From the NCBI GenBank assembly GCA_964384485.1, contig CAYLLE010000004.1:7379-71378 (forward strand): a stretch of DNA of 64,000 nucleotides, written 5' to 3'. Made by a program: the position numbers and the translations under genes. This DNA comes from an uncultured Spirochaetales bacterium. Lineage in GTDB: Bacteria; Spirochaetota; Spirochaetia; CAYLLE01. The stretch's first letter is position 1. Every line of letters starts with the position of its first letter. Under the pieces are notes generated by a model. That model was not told the DNA's origin, ran no database searches, and was given only the letters and a program-made list of their open reading frames with translations. Of this stretch, positions 17,158 through 25,086 are shown in pieces.

Positions 17158-18444
17158 ATGCAGAATCGTCGTGTAGTAATTACTGGAATGGGAACGATAA
17201 ATCCCTTAGGAGATACTTTAGAAGAGTATTATCATAATTTGATCGCAGGAAAATCCGGGATAAAGCGGTGGGAATCCATAGACATGACCGGTGTTGAATG
17301 TAAAGTTGGCGGTGACTTGGGAAATTACGATTTCCAAAAAAAACTTGATACTTTCCGGGATATAATTCCGGAAAGCAAGTACAAACAAATAAAGAAACTT
17401 TTCCGGTCCGCCACCTTCTCATCTAAAATGGCTGTACTTTGCGCCATGGACGCGTACAATGATGCCGGTCTGTTCGGGGCGGATTCGAATCCGTACGATA
17501 CCAGCGTCATGGTGGCCGGTCACAATTTTAATTCAAACTACATCTTTGAAAACGCTAAGATTTATCTTGAGGATCCCGATTTTATCGCTCCCTTGAGCGG
17601 TGTCGAAGCCATTGATCCCAATATTCCAGCCACAATTTCGGAGGTTTTAGAAGTCCAAGGACCCACATTCACCCTCGGGGGTGCATGTGCAAGCGGTAAT
17701 TTGGCTCTGCGAGCGGGATTCAGAGATATTGTCTCCGGAGAATGCGTCCGCTCAGTGGTAGCTGGCCCCCCGTTTGATGTTTCACCACCGGACATTCAGG
17801 CCTCAGTCATAATAAATGCCGTAGTTGTTAAAGAGAAATACCAGAACAATCCTGAGGGGGCTTCCCGTCCTTTTGACACGGACAGATGCGGATTTGTTTA
17901 TTCCCACGGTTCCGGGACACTCATTTTAGAGGAGCTCGAATCCGCGCTCGCGAGGGGTGCTCATATCTACGGTGAAATACTCGGTGTGACGGCAAACGCG
18001 AACGCAAATCATCTGCCCATGCCCGGAGCAGCCAACCAGCAGCAGGTCATGGAGCAGGTGCTTAAAATTTCCGGTGTAAAACCCGAACAGATCGACTATG
18101 TCAACTGTCACGCAACCGGTACTCCGTCGGGTGATCTTCAGGAAATTAAAGCGGTAAAAAATACTTTTGGCAATCACACGAAGTCCCTCTATTTGAATGC
18201 TCCGAAATCGATGCTGGGGCATACCTGCTGGGCCTCCCCCCTGGTGGAAACTATCGGGGGACTGCTGCAGATGAAACACGGGAAACTGCATCCGACCATA
18301 AACATAACGGAACAGGACCCGGAGGTTGATCTCGAGATTTGTGCCAATGCACCGGTGGAACATTCAATTCAGTACATGCTCAAGAATTCCTTCGGTTTTG
18401 GGGGAATTAACTGCTGCAGTTTGATAAAACGATTTGAGGTTTAA
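17158..18444 (+). CDS. beta-ketoacyl-ACP synthase (KAS I/II fold, divergent from FabF)
   Basis: The Cys-His-His triad is intact: GGACASGN, NCHATGTPSGD, SMLGHTCWAS. C-terminal NSFGFGGIN is present. Confidence 0.85.
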   Translation: MQNRRVVITGMGTINPLGDTLEEYYHNLIAGKSGIKRWESIDMTGVECKVGGDLGNYDFQKKLDTFRDIIPESKYKQIKKLFRSATFSSKMAVLCAMDAYNDAGLFGADSNPYDTSVMVAGHNFNSNYIFENAKIYLEDPDFIAPLSGVEAIDPNIPATISEVLEVQGPTFTLGGACASGNLALRAGFRDIVSGECVRSVVAGPPFDVSPPDIQASVIINAVVVKEKYQNNPEGASRPFDTDRCGFVYSHGSGTLILEELESALARGAHIYGEILGVTANANANHLPMPGAANQQQVMEQVLKISGVKPEQIDYVNCHATGTPSGDLQEIKAVKNTFGNHTKSLYLNAPKSMLGHTCWASPLVETIGGLLQMKHGKLHPTINITEQDPEVDLEICANAPVEHSIQYMLKNSFGFGGINCCSLIKRFEV

Positions 18445-18445
18445 T

Positions 18446-19186
18446 ATGAACATTTTAATAACCGGCGGATCCCGGGGAATAGGACGGAATCTTGTCTTGA
18501 AATTCGCCCGGGAAGGATACGGCTGCGCGTTCACCTATCGGGGTAACAAGGATAAAGCGGAAGAAACCATTGCCCTGGCTAAAGAGGCAGCTCCGGATAG
18601 GGTTATCCGAAGTTATGCCCTAGATTTAGGAAATTCCGGGGAGATCGAGAAAACAGTTGACACCGTTTTGGACGACTTTGGAGATATCCACTGCCTGGTC
18701 AATAATGCCGCCATGCTCAGAGATAACGCCGCGGCGTTTATGACCGACGATGAGTGGGAATCTGTAATCCGCACCAATTTATCCGGTCCGTTTTATATGA
18801 TCCGGTCGCTCCTGATGAACTTTGTTTCGAACAGGATGGGAAGAATAATCAACATCTCATCACTGGCCCAGGACGGCAGCAGCGGTCAGGTCAATTACGC
18901 AGCCAGTAAAGCCGGGCTCATCGGTCTGTCCAACACCATAGCCCGGGAATACGGACCGAAAAATATTACATCGAATATCGTAGTCGTGGGATATGTCCCA
19001 ACCGACATGACCAGGGACAATATGGCTCAAAGACTAAAATCTATATGGGATCAATACTGTCCTATGAAGCGGAGCGGCAAAGCATCGGAAATTTCAGGTC
19101 TGGTTCACTATCTTACAACCCCTGATGCGTCGTTTATAAACGGTGAAATTATCCATGTCTCAGGCGGTCTCACCTATGTCCCATAA
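18446..19186 (+). CDS. fabG: 3-oxoacyl-ACP reductase (classical SDR)
   Basis: ITGGSRGIGR, NNAA and the catalytic YAASKAG (YxxxK) are present. GAGG lies 7 nt before ATG 18446; the track start is 18434. Confidence 0.85.
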   Translation: MNILITGGSRGIGRNLVLKFAREGYGCAFTYRGNKDKAEETIALAKEAAPDRVIRSYALDLGNSGEIEKTVDTVLDDFGDIHCLVNNAAMLRDNAAAFMTDDEWESVIRTNLSGPFYMIRSLLMNFVSNRMGRIINISSLAQDGSSGQVNYAASKAGLIGLSNTIAREYGPKNITSNIVVVGYVPTDMTRDNMAQRLKSIWDQYCPMKRSGKASEISGLVHYLTTPDASFINGEIIHVSGGLTYVP

Positions 19187-19201
19187 AAAGGAGATGATTT
19201 A

Positions 19202-20431
19202 ATGAACACAGTAGGAATAGAAAAAATAAATCTTTATGGAAGTTCACTTTACCTTGATCAGCGTGATTTAGCTGTAGCCCGGGGACAGGAGCCTGAAAAG
19301 GTTGTCTCCGACTTCCTTATCGAATCCCGTTCGGTTAGTCCGCCTTGGGAGGACACAGTAACAATGGGAGCAAATGCCGCGTTACCCATGCTGTCAAAAC
19401 AGGATCTTGAGGACATCGGTTTGTTGGTCGTGGGAACGGAAAGTTCCCTCGATTTCGGCAAACCCGTGAGTACGAATATCCACTCCGCCCTGGGACTCCA
19501 TCCGAATGTCCGGAATTTCGAGACGAAGCATGCCTGTTACAGCGGTGTAGCGGCGCTGGATACCGCAGTAAACTGGATTGCCTCCGGTCTGAACGGCGGG
19601 AGAAAGGCACTGGTCATTTCTACCGATTTCAGCAGGATGCACCTGAATACCAAAGAAGAGTTTGTACTTGGCGGTGTTGCCGCGGCGGCACTGCTCAGTG
19701 AAACCCCTAAGGTGGTTGAATATGAGACTCAAAATAAGGGGACCTGGACCACCGACGCGTATGATACATTCCGTCCCAGCGCTTTCCATGAAATCGGGAA
19801 TAATGAGGTTAGCCTTTTCACCTATATGGACGCCTTAGAAGGAGCTTTTACTCATTATCAGGAGAGAACGGGCAATCAGTTTAACTTTGATAACGATTTC
19901 AGCAGATTAACTTACCATACCCCGTTCGCGGGTATGGCTTTTCAGGCCCACAGAACATTGTGTAATCTCACAAATCCGAGACCGAAAAAGGAAGTTAAAG
20001 AAGATTTTTCCCGCCGTGTTTATCCGGGACTTCGTTTTGCCCAGCGGGTAGGGGGAACCTACGGTGCAAGCAACTTCGTCGCGTTATGCGGTCATCTTTC
20101 GGGATCTGAACCGGTAAAACCAGGCAGCAGGATCGGATTTTTTGCCTACGGATCAGGGGCTATCGGAGAATTCTATTCCGGCACGGTATGTGAAGAAGCA
20201 GTAAATGCGGTGGCTTCCATGAATATTGATGACAAACTTGCATCCAGGCGTAACGTAACGGTGGATCAATACGAAATTCTCGAGCAGCTGAAAGAAGGGT
20301 ACATTGAGAAATCGGATTTCATTCCGCAGAAAGAGGGATTTGAAGAAGTATACCGTTCCCATTACCAAGGCACCGGGAAATTGGTGCTGAAAGGGGTGAA
20401 GGGGTTCTACAGGACGTATGAACGGGTGTAG
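19202..20431 (+). CDS. HMG-CoA synthase-family enzyme, PksG/CurD-like beta-branching HMG-ACP synthase
   Basis: The catalytic Glu/Cys/His contexts are VGTESSLDFGK, KHACYSG and YHTPFAGM. The length (409 aa) and motif order match the HCS family. Confidence 0.8.
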   Translation: MNTVGIEKINLYGSSLYLDQRDLAVARGQEPEKVVSDFLIESRSVSPPWEDTVTMGANAALPMLSKQDLEDIGLLVVGTESSLDFGKPVSTNIHSALGLHPNVRNFETKHACYSGVAALDTAVNWIASGLNGGRKALVISTDFSRMHLNTKEEFVLGGVAAAALLSETPKVVEYETQNKGTWTTDAYDTFRPSAFHEIGNNEVSLFTYMDALEGAFTHYQERTGNQFNFDNDFSRLTYHTPFAGMAFQAHRTLCNLTNPRPKKEVKEDFSRRVYPGLRFAQRVGGTYGASNFVALCGHLSGSEPVKPGSRIGFFAYGSGAIGEFYSGTVCEEAVNAVASMNIDDKLASRRNVTVDQYEILEQLKEGYIEKSDFIPQKEGFEEVYRSHYQGTGKLVLKGVKGFYRTYERV

Positions 20432-20434
20432 CTG

Positions 20435-21256
20435 ATGGACAGGGTCATTATTTCCCGGGATTCAGGAGTATGCTACATAACCCTCAATGACGGCTCTAAC
20501 GGGAACCGGCTTGACGGCCGTTTCATCAATGATATCCTTAATGGTCTTCGTGCTGCCGAATCGGACGGTTCGGTAAAAGCGGTCATGTTCCGTTCCTCGT
20601 CTCCTGTGTTTTCCCTGGGGATGAATCTGGATTTAGCTGCCAAGAAATCCGGTAAAGGAGAAACAGCTGAGACGGCAGTAAAGTCTTACGGCAGAATGCT
20701 CAGCAGGATTCGCGGTCTGGTCAAGCCGGTTTTGGCTTTGGTGGAGGGGGAGGTTAAAGCCGGCGGTGTGGGCATTGTATGTGCCTGTGACGCTGTTCTT
20801 GCGTCCGAAACGGCATCATTTGAGCTGGGGGAGGTGTTATTCGGTTTGATACCTGCCAACGTGCTGCCCTATCTCCTTTTACGGATCTCTCCGCAAAAAG
20901 CCCGGTATCTAATCATGACAGCAAAAAAAATCGACGCTGCGGAAGCCCTGGCGATCGGTTTAGCTGACGAAGTCTTTCCCGCACAAGCAGCGGAAAAGAC
21001 GGTCCGGAAAAGACTAAAAAATATATGCCGGTCATCTCCGAATGCATTAGCTGAAGTGAAACAATTTACGTCTAAGCTGCTCGATTTATCTTTTCATGAA
21101 CAGCTTGATCCGGCGGTAGAAAAGCTCACGGAGATGCTGAAAAACGAAGATATACTGGAAGGAATCAGGTCCTTTCAGTCGGGAAATCTGCCTGTCTGGT
21201 TCGGCAAGTTTTCACCGAAAGAACCAATTTCGCTACAACTGGAGGAAAAGGAATGA
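20435..21256 (+). CDS. enoyl-CoA hydratase/crotonase-fold protein (ECH1, PksH-like dehydratase candidate)
   Basis: It has a crotonase fold: VFSLGMNLD, ALVEGEVKAGGVGI, FELGEVLFGLIP. It sits directly after the HMGS homologue. Confidence 0.7.
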   Translation: MDRVIISRDSGVCYITLNDGSNGNRLDGRFINDILNGLRAAESDGSVKAVMFRSSSPVFSLGMNLDLAAKKSGKGETAETAVKSYGRMLSRIRGLVKPVLALVEGEVKAGGVGIVCACDAVLASETASFELGEVLFGLIPANVLPYLLLRISPQKARYLIMTAKKIDAAEALAIGLADEVFPAQAAEKTVRKRLKNICRSSPNALAEVKQFTSKLLDLSFHEQLDPAVEKLTEMLKNEDILEGIRSFQSGNLPVWFGKFSPKEPISLQLEEKE

Positions 21257-22002
21257 AAGAAACAATCCGTTCCGAAATGGATGAACATGGTATTGCTTAT
21301 CTGTATATGGAAGACAAAGAGGGGAAAAACATTTTTTCCGACACCTTTATAGAAGGATTCATCCGGGAAATAGAACACATCGAGACTGAACTCGAACCCT
21401 CTGTGCTCATCTTAAAAGGACTTGAAGATGTATTCTGCGGAGGAGCAGAAAAGGAAGGCCTTCTTGACCTTTGCGACGGTAAAGTTGTGGTAAAAGATCT
21501 CGTCCTCTCGGAACGGCTGATAAATACTCCGTTTCCGGTCATAGCGGCTATGGAAGGACACGCAATGGGCGGAGGATTAGTTCTGGGCCTTTGCAGCGAT
21601 ATCATTATAATGGCCCGGGAGAGCCGATACGGAGCTGTGTTCATGACTTTAGGCTTTACCCCCGGAATGGGGACAACGACGCTTCTGCCGGGACTTGTGG
21701 GACCGTATATCGCAAATGAAATGATGTTCACCGGAAAAAGGTACCGGGGTTCCGAACTTGCCGGGAAAGGTGTACCGATCAATTATATTCTCCCGAAAAA
21801 AGAAGTTGTGACAAAAGCAGAAGATATCGCCCGTCAAATCGCTGAGCGGAATAAAAAATCGGTCTATTTACTGAAATATGCTCTTAGCGCAAAAAAGAAA
21901 AAACTGCTTGTCGACGCGCGGCTGCAGGAGGATATGATGCACCGGATTTCGTTCGGATTTTCGGAAACAAAAAAAATAATAGAAGAATTTTACGCTGGAT
22001 AG
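21253..22002 (+). CDS. enoyl-CoA hydratase/isomerase-fold protein (ECH2, PksI/CurF-like decarboxylase candidate)
   Basis: AAMEGHAMGGGLVLGL, YGAVFMTLGFTPGMGTT and EMMFTG match the ECH2 signature as I recall it from PksI. The start overlaps the ECH1 stop (ATGA). Confidence 0.7.
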   Translation: MKETIRSEMDEHGIAYLYMEDKEGKNIFSDTFIEGFIREIEHIETELEPSVLILKGLEDVFCGGAEKEGLLDLCDGKVVVKDLVLSERLINTPFPVIAAMEGHAMGGGLVLGLCSDIIIMARESRYGAVFMTLGFTPGMGTTTLLPGLVGPYIANEMMFTGKRYRGSELAGKGVPINYILPKKEVVTKAEDIARQIAERNKKSVYLLKYALSAKKKKLLVDARLQEDMMHRISFGFSETKKIIEEFYAG

Positions 22003-22019
22003 AATAAGGAGTGTACCCA

Positions 22020-22832
22020 ATGATTACGATAGATTACACCGGTAAATCCGTTCTCATAACAGGCGGCACGAAAGGGATAGGGAAAGCTGCGGCATTGAAT
22101 TTCGCCAGTGCCGGAGCCAGAACGTATTTGACATACAAATGGGGATCCGCCGATGAGTCCGCCCTGTTCGATGAATTCCGTCAAACAGGAGGTCCGGAAC
22201 CGGTACTGATTCAGGCTGATGTGTCTGTTGAGGAAGATACAAAAGCGCTTTTTTCAAAGATTGCTGAAACCGAAAAAAAGCTTAACGTTTTTATAAGCAA
22301 TGTAGGCTTCGCTTCCACCCCTCAGAGTCTAAAAGATTATAAAAAGCGGTCTCTCTTCAAAACACTTGAATACAGTACCTGGCCGCTTATCGATTACACC
22401 CTCATGATAGAAAAAACTTTCAATGCCTATCCTGACTACATCCTGGGTATATCCAGTGACGGTCCCGATCATTTCTATAAAGGATACGACTACGTGGCGG
22501 CCTCAAAGGCGCTGCTTGAGTTCTTCTCGAAGTATCTGTCGGCCCATCTTTTTGATGAAAACTGCAAAGTTAATGTAATCCGTTTCGGTACAGTGAAAAC
22601 CGAGTCCTTTGACGCGGTGTTCGGTAACGATTTTTTTGAGTATCTCAAATCGGAAGGAATATCTTCTGAGAGGATCCTGACACCAGCCGAATGCGGTAAA
22701 ACAATTTTCGGAATCTGCAGCGGTTTTATGGATACCGTGAATGGACAAATAATCACCGCGGACCGGGGTATAACCTATATGGATAACACCATGAGGCGGT
22801 ATCAGCGCTGGAAAGAAGAAAAGGGACAGTAG
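22020..22832 (+). CDS. SDR-family enoyl-ACP reductase-like protein (FabL/FabI-type Y-x6-K)
   Basis: ITGGTKGIGKAAA is present. YDYVAASKALLE gives Tyr-x6-Lys, the enoyl-reductase spacing, rather than the YxxxK of ketoreductases. AAGGAG lies 8 nt before ATG 22020; the track start is GTG 22011. Confidence 0.6.
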   Translation: MITIDYTGKSVLITGGTKGIGKAAALNFASAGARTYLTYKWGSADESALFDEFRQTGGPEPVLIQADVSVEEDTKALFSKIAETEKKLNVFISNVGFASTPQSLKDYKKRSLFKTLEYSTWPLIDYTLMIEKTFNAYPDYILGISSDGPDHFYKGYDYVAASKALLEFFSKYLSAHLFDENCKVNVIRFGTVKTESFDAVFGNDFFEYLKSEGISSERILTPAECGKTIFGICSGFMDTVNGQIITADRGITYMDNTMRRYQRWKEEKGQ

Positions 22833-22856
22833 ATTCTATACAAAATCTATACATTT

Positions 22857-22938
22857 CAGCAATTTCAGGTAATGACGATTTATGTAATTGCTGGATACAG
22901 TGCTTAGAGGTTGATAGAAGCGGCAATTTACGGTATGG
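22857..22938. repeat. two REP-like units in the 169-nt intra-operon gap (site E)
   Basis: CAGCAATTTCAGGTAATG (22857-22874) and CGGCAATTTACGGTATGG (22921-22938) both match the unit consensus. TTTATGTAATTGCTGG (22879-22894) lies between them. Confidence 0.5.
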
Positions 22939-23001
22939 TACCCTCTATACCATTAAAACTGTGCCGGATAACCGGCTGCACCATTTAGAAAGGAGTGAAA
23001 A

Positions 23002-23247
23002 ATGACAAAACCTGAAGTCATGGAAGTAATCAAAAAAAATATCGTCGAAAATTTAGACGACATAGAAATGGATGATATTGATCCGAAAAAGTCTATGAAA
23101 GATTACGGAGCAAATAGTCTTGATATGATTGAGGTTGTCTCCTGTTCCATGCGGGAACTCAACATTAAAATTCCGAGATCGGAATTGGCAGATATTGCCA
23201 CAATAGACGAACTTGCCGATAAGTTCATGGAATATGTAGAAAATTAA
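23002..23247 (+). CDS. acyl carrier protein (non-housekeeping type)
   Basis: The protein is 81 aa. The phosphopantetheine site context is DYGANSLDMIEVV. A strong AAAGGAG Shine-Dalgarno is present. The sequence is unlike the canonical AcpP DLGADSLDTVELV context. Confidence 0.85.
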   Translation: MTKPEVMEVIKKNIVENLDDIEMDDIDPKKSMKDYGANSLDMIEVVSCSMRELNIKIPRSELADIATIDELADKFMEYVEN

Positions 23248-23275
23248 TCAAATTGACCGAGGTGCGGAGGATATA

Positions 23276-24532
23276 ATGTCAGATATTCTAAAATATAGCT
23301 TTGCTGATTTCCATTACAACGATAACCCTGATGTCCTGTCTCCGCCGGAAGACTTTATCAAATGGGTAAACCATCCGGCGGTTAAGAACGGTTTCAGTTT
23401 TACCGAGCAGCAGCTTCTTGCCGCACCTCGGGCACGTACCGAAATCCTGAGTAATATTGACAATCAGAAGCGGAAAATCATCAACCTTACATCGTATAAT
23501 TACCTCGGTCTTTCCACTCATCCCGAGGTTATTCAGGCCGCCAAGGAAGGTCTGGATCAGTACGGGATGGGTGCATCGGGAGCTCCCATGCTGTCCGGAA
23601 CCTTCGATCTGCATACCGAATTTGCCAGACGGCTGGCTGAATTCAAACAGAAAGAAGCGTGCCTGGTGTACTCAAGCGGTTACGGCGGCAACATCGGGGC
23701 CATTCAAGGAATAATGCGGAAAGGTGATATCCTGATCCTCGATGAGAAATGTCACGCCAGTCTGGTGGACGGGGGAACCCTGGCACAGGTGAAAATGCTT
23801 TTCTTTGAGCATAACAATCCCGAATCACTGGTCGCCATGCTGGAACGGGCGAAAGGAAAACGTGTTCTCGTTGTAGTGGAGGGAGTTTATTCCATGGATG
23901 GAGACCTGGTTAAACTTCCGGAGGTTGTCGAAATATGCGACCAATACGGAGCAGGACTCTATCTCGATGAAGCCCATTCAACACTGATGTTCGGCGAAAA
24001 CGGTAGGGGTGTGGCGGAACATTTCGGTCTGGAAGACAAAGTCGGAGTCAGCTTTGGTACACTCAGTAAGTCTTTCGGAGGTGTAGGGGGATTTATCTGC
24101 TCAAACGCCGCTCTTATTCAATACATGAAAGGGTATTCCCATCCGTGGAACTTTTCCTGTGCCATATCACCGCCGGTTGTTGCAGGGCTTATAAAAGCAC
24201 TTGAAGTTGCCACCAGGGACTCTTCTCTTCGGGATAAGCTGTGGGAAAATACAGCGTATCTTAAAAAAGGACTCACCAGTTTGAACCTCAATTTGGGAGA
24301 TACCGCATCCCAGGTCATCCCGGTTATTATCGGTCCCGACGGAACCAAACTCATGTCCTTCGCGGCGGAGATGCAGAAGCGGGGACTCTTCCTTCAGCCG
24401 GTAGACTTCCCGGCCGTACCTGCCAATGCGAGGCGGTTCAGAATATCCGTTTCTTCCCAGCTGACGAAAGAAGATATGGATACTGTTCTAAATATCATCG
24501 AGGATGTAATTGTTAAAGGTTTGAAGTCCTAA
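23276..24532 (+). CDS. alpha-oxoamine synthase (PLP-dependent acyltransferase; serine palmitoyltransferase / BioF / KBL family)
   Basis: LTSYNYLGL, SGYGGNIG, VVVEGVYSMDGD, LDEAHS and the PLP-lysine motif GTLSKSFGG are present. There is a ~60-aa N-terminal extension. Confidence 0.85.
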   Translation: MSDILKYSFADFHYNDNPDVLSPPEDFIKWVNHPAVKNGFSFTEQQLLAAPRARTEILSNIDNQKRKIINLTSYNYLGLSTHPEVIQAAKEGLDQYGMGASGAPMLSGTFDLHTEFARRLAEFKQKEACLVYSSGYGGNIGAIQGIMRKGDILILDEKCHASLVDGGTLAQVKMLFFEHNNPESLVAMLERAKGKRVLVVVEGVYSMDGDLVKLPEVVEICDQYGAGLYLDEAHSTLMFGENGRGVAEHFGLEDKVGVSFGTLSKSFGGVGGFICSNAALIQYMKGYSHPWNFSCAISPPVVAGLIKALEVATRDSSLRDKLWENTAYLKKGLTSLNLNLGDTASQVIPVIIGPDGTKLMSFAAEMQKRGLFLQPVDFPAVPANARRFRISVSSQLTKEDMDTVLNIIEDVIVKGLKS

Positions 24533-25086
24533 TGACCGATTCTTCTGAGCCTGACTATCAATCTCTTCTGAGGAAGTTTAGACGCAAGCCTCTCTTCCCG
24601 CTGGAACAGGACGACTTGTTCGTCCGGGTAGATTATTCCGGAGAAGATATAAAAAAACTAATTCCGCACCGGGATCCCTTTCTTCTGGTAGACAGAATTA
24701 CCGGTCTCGATGTAACTAACCGCCGAATTATCGGAGAAAAGCACCTCTCCCCTGCATTGCCGGTATTCCAGGGGCATTTCCCGGGATATCCGGTATATCC
24801 CGGAACTCTGGAGGTGGAGATGCTCGGTCAATTAGGTCTTTGTCTCTTCCCGTTCATCCTGAGCGGTACCACGGATATCCCGGAATTTTCTGATCAGACC
24901 GCCATCCGGGCTACCCGGATTATCGGCGCGTACTATGTAGAGCCTGTTCTGCCGGATACTACCGTGACAATACTTTCACAAGGGTATGAGTATGACGGGT
25001 ATTTCGGCAGAAGCATCGGCCAGGTTATATCCGGCGGCAAAGTCTGCTGTGTTGCCGCCGGCGAGGTTATTTTCCTAGAATCGTGA
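24532..25086 (+). CDS. FabZ/FabA-like hotdog 3-hydroxyacyl-ACP dehydratase
   Basis: IPHRDPFLLVDRI, the catalytic His in FQGHFPGYPVYPG and Glu in LEVEMLGQ are present. The start overlaps the AOS stop (TAATG). There is a ~35-aa N-terminal extension. Confidence 0.8.
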   Translation: MTDSSEPDYQSLLRKFRRKPLFPLEQDDLFVRVDYSGEDIKKLIPHRDPFLLVDRITGLDVTNRRIIGEKHLSPALPVFQGHFPGYPVYPGTLEVEMLGQLGLCLFPFILSGTTDIPEFSDQTAIRATRIIGAYYVEPVLPDTTVTILSQGYEYDGYFGRSIGQVISGGKVCCVAAGEVIFLES

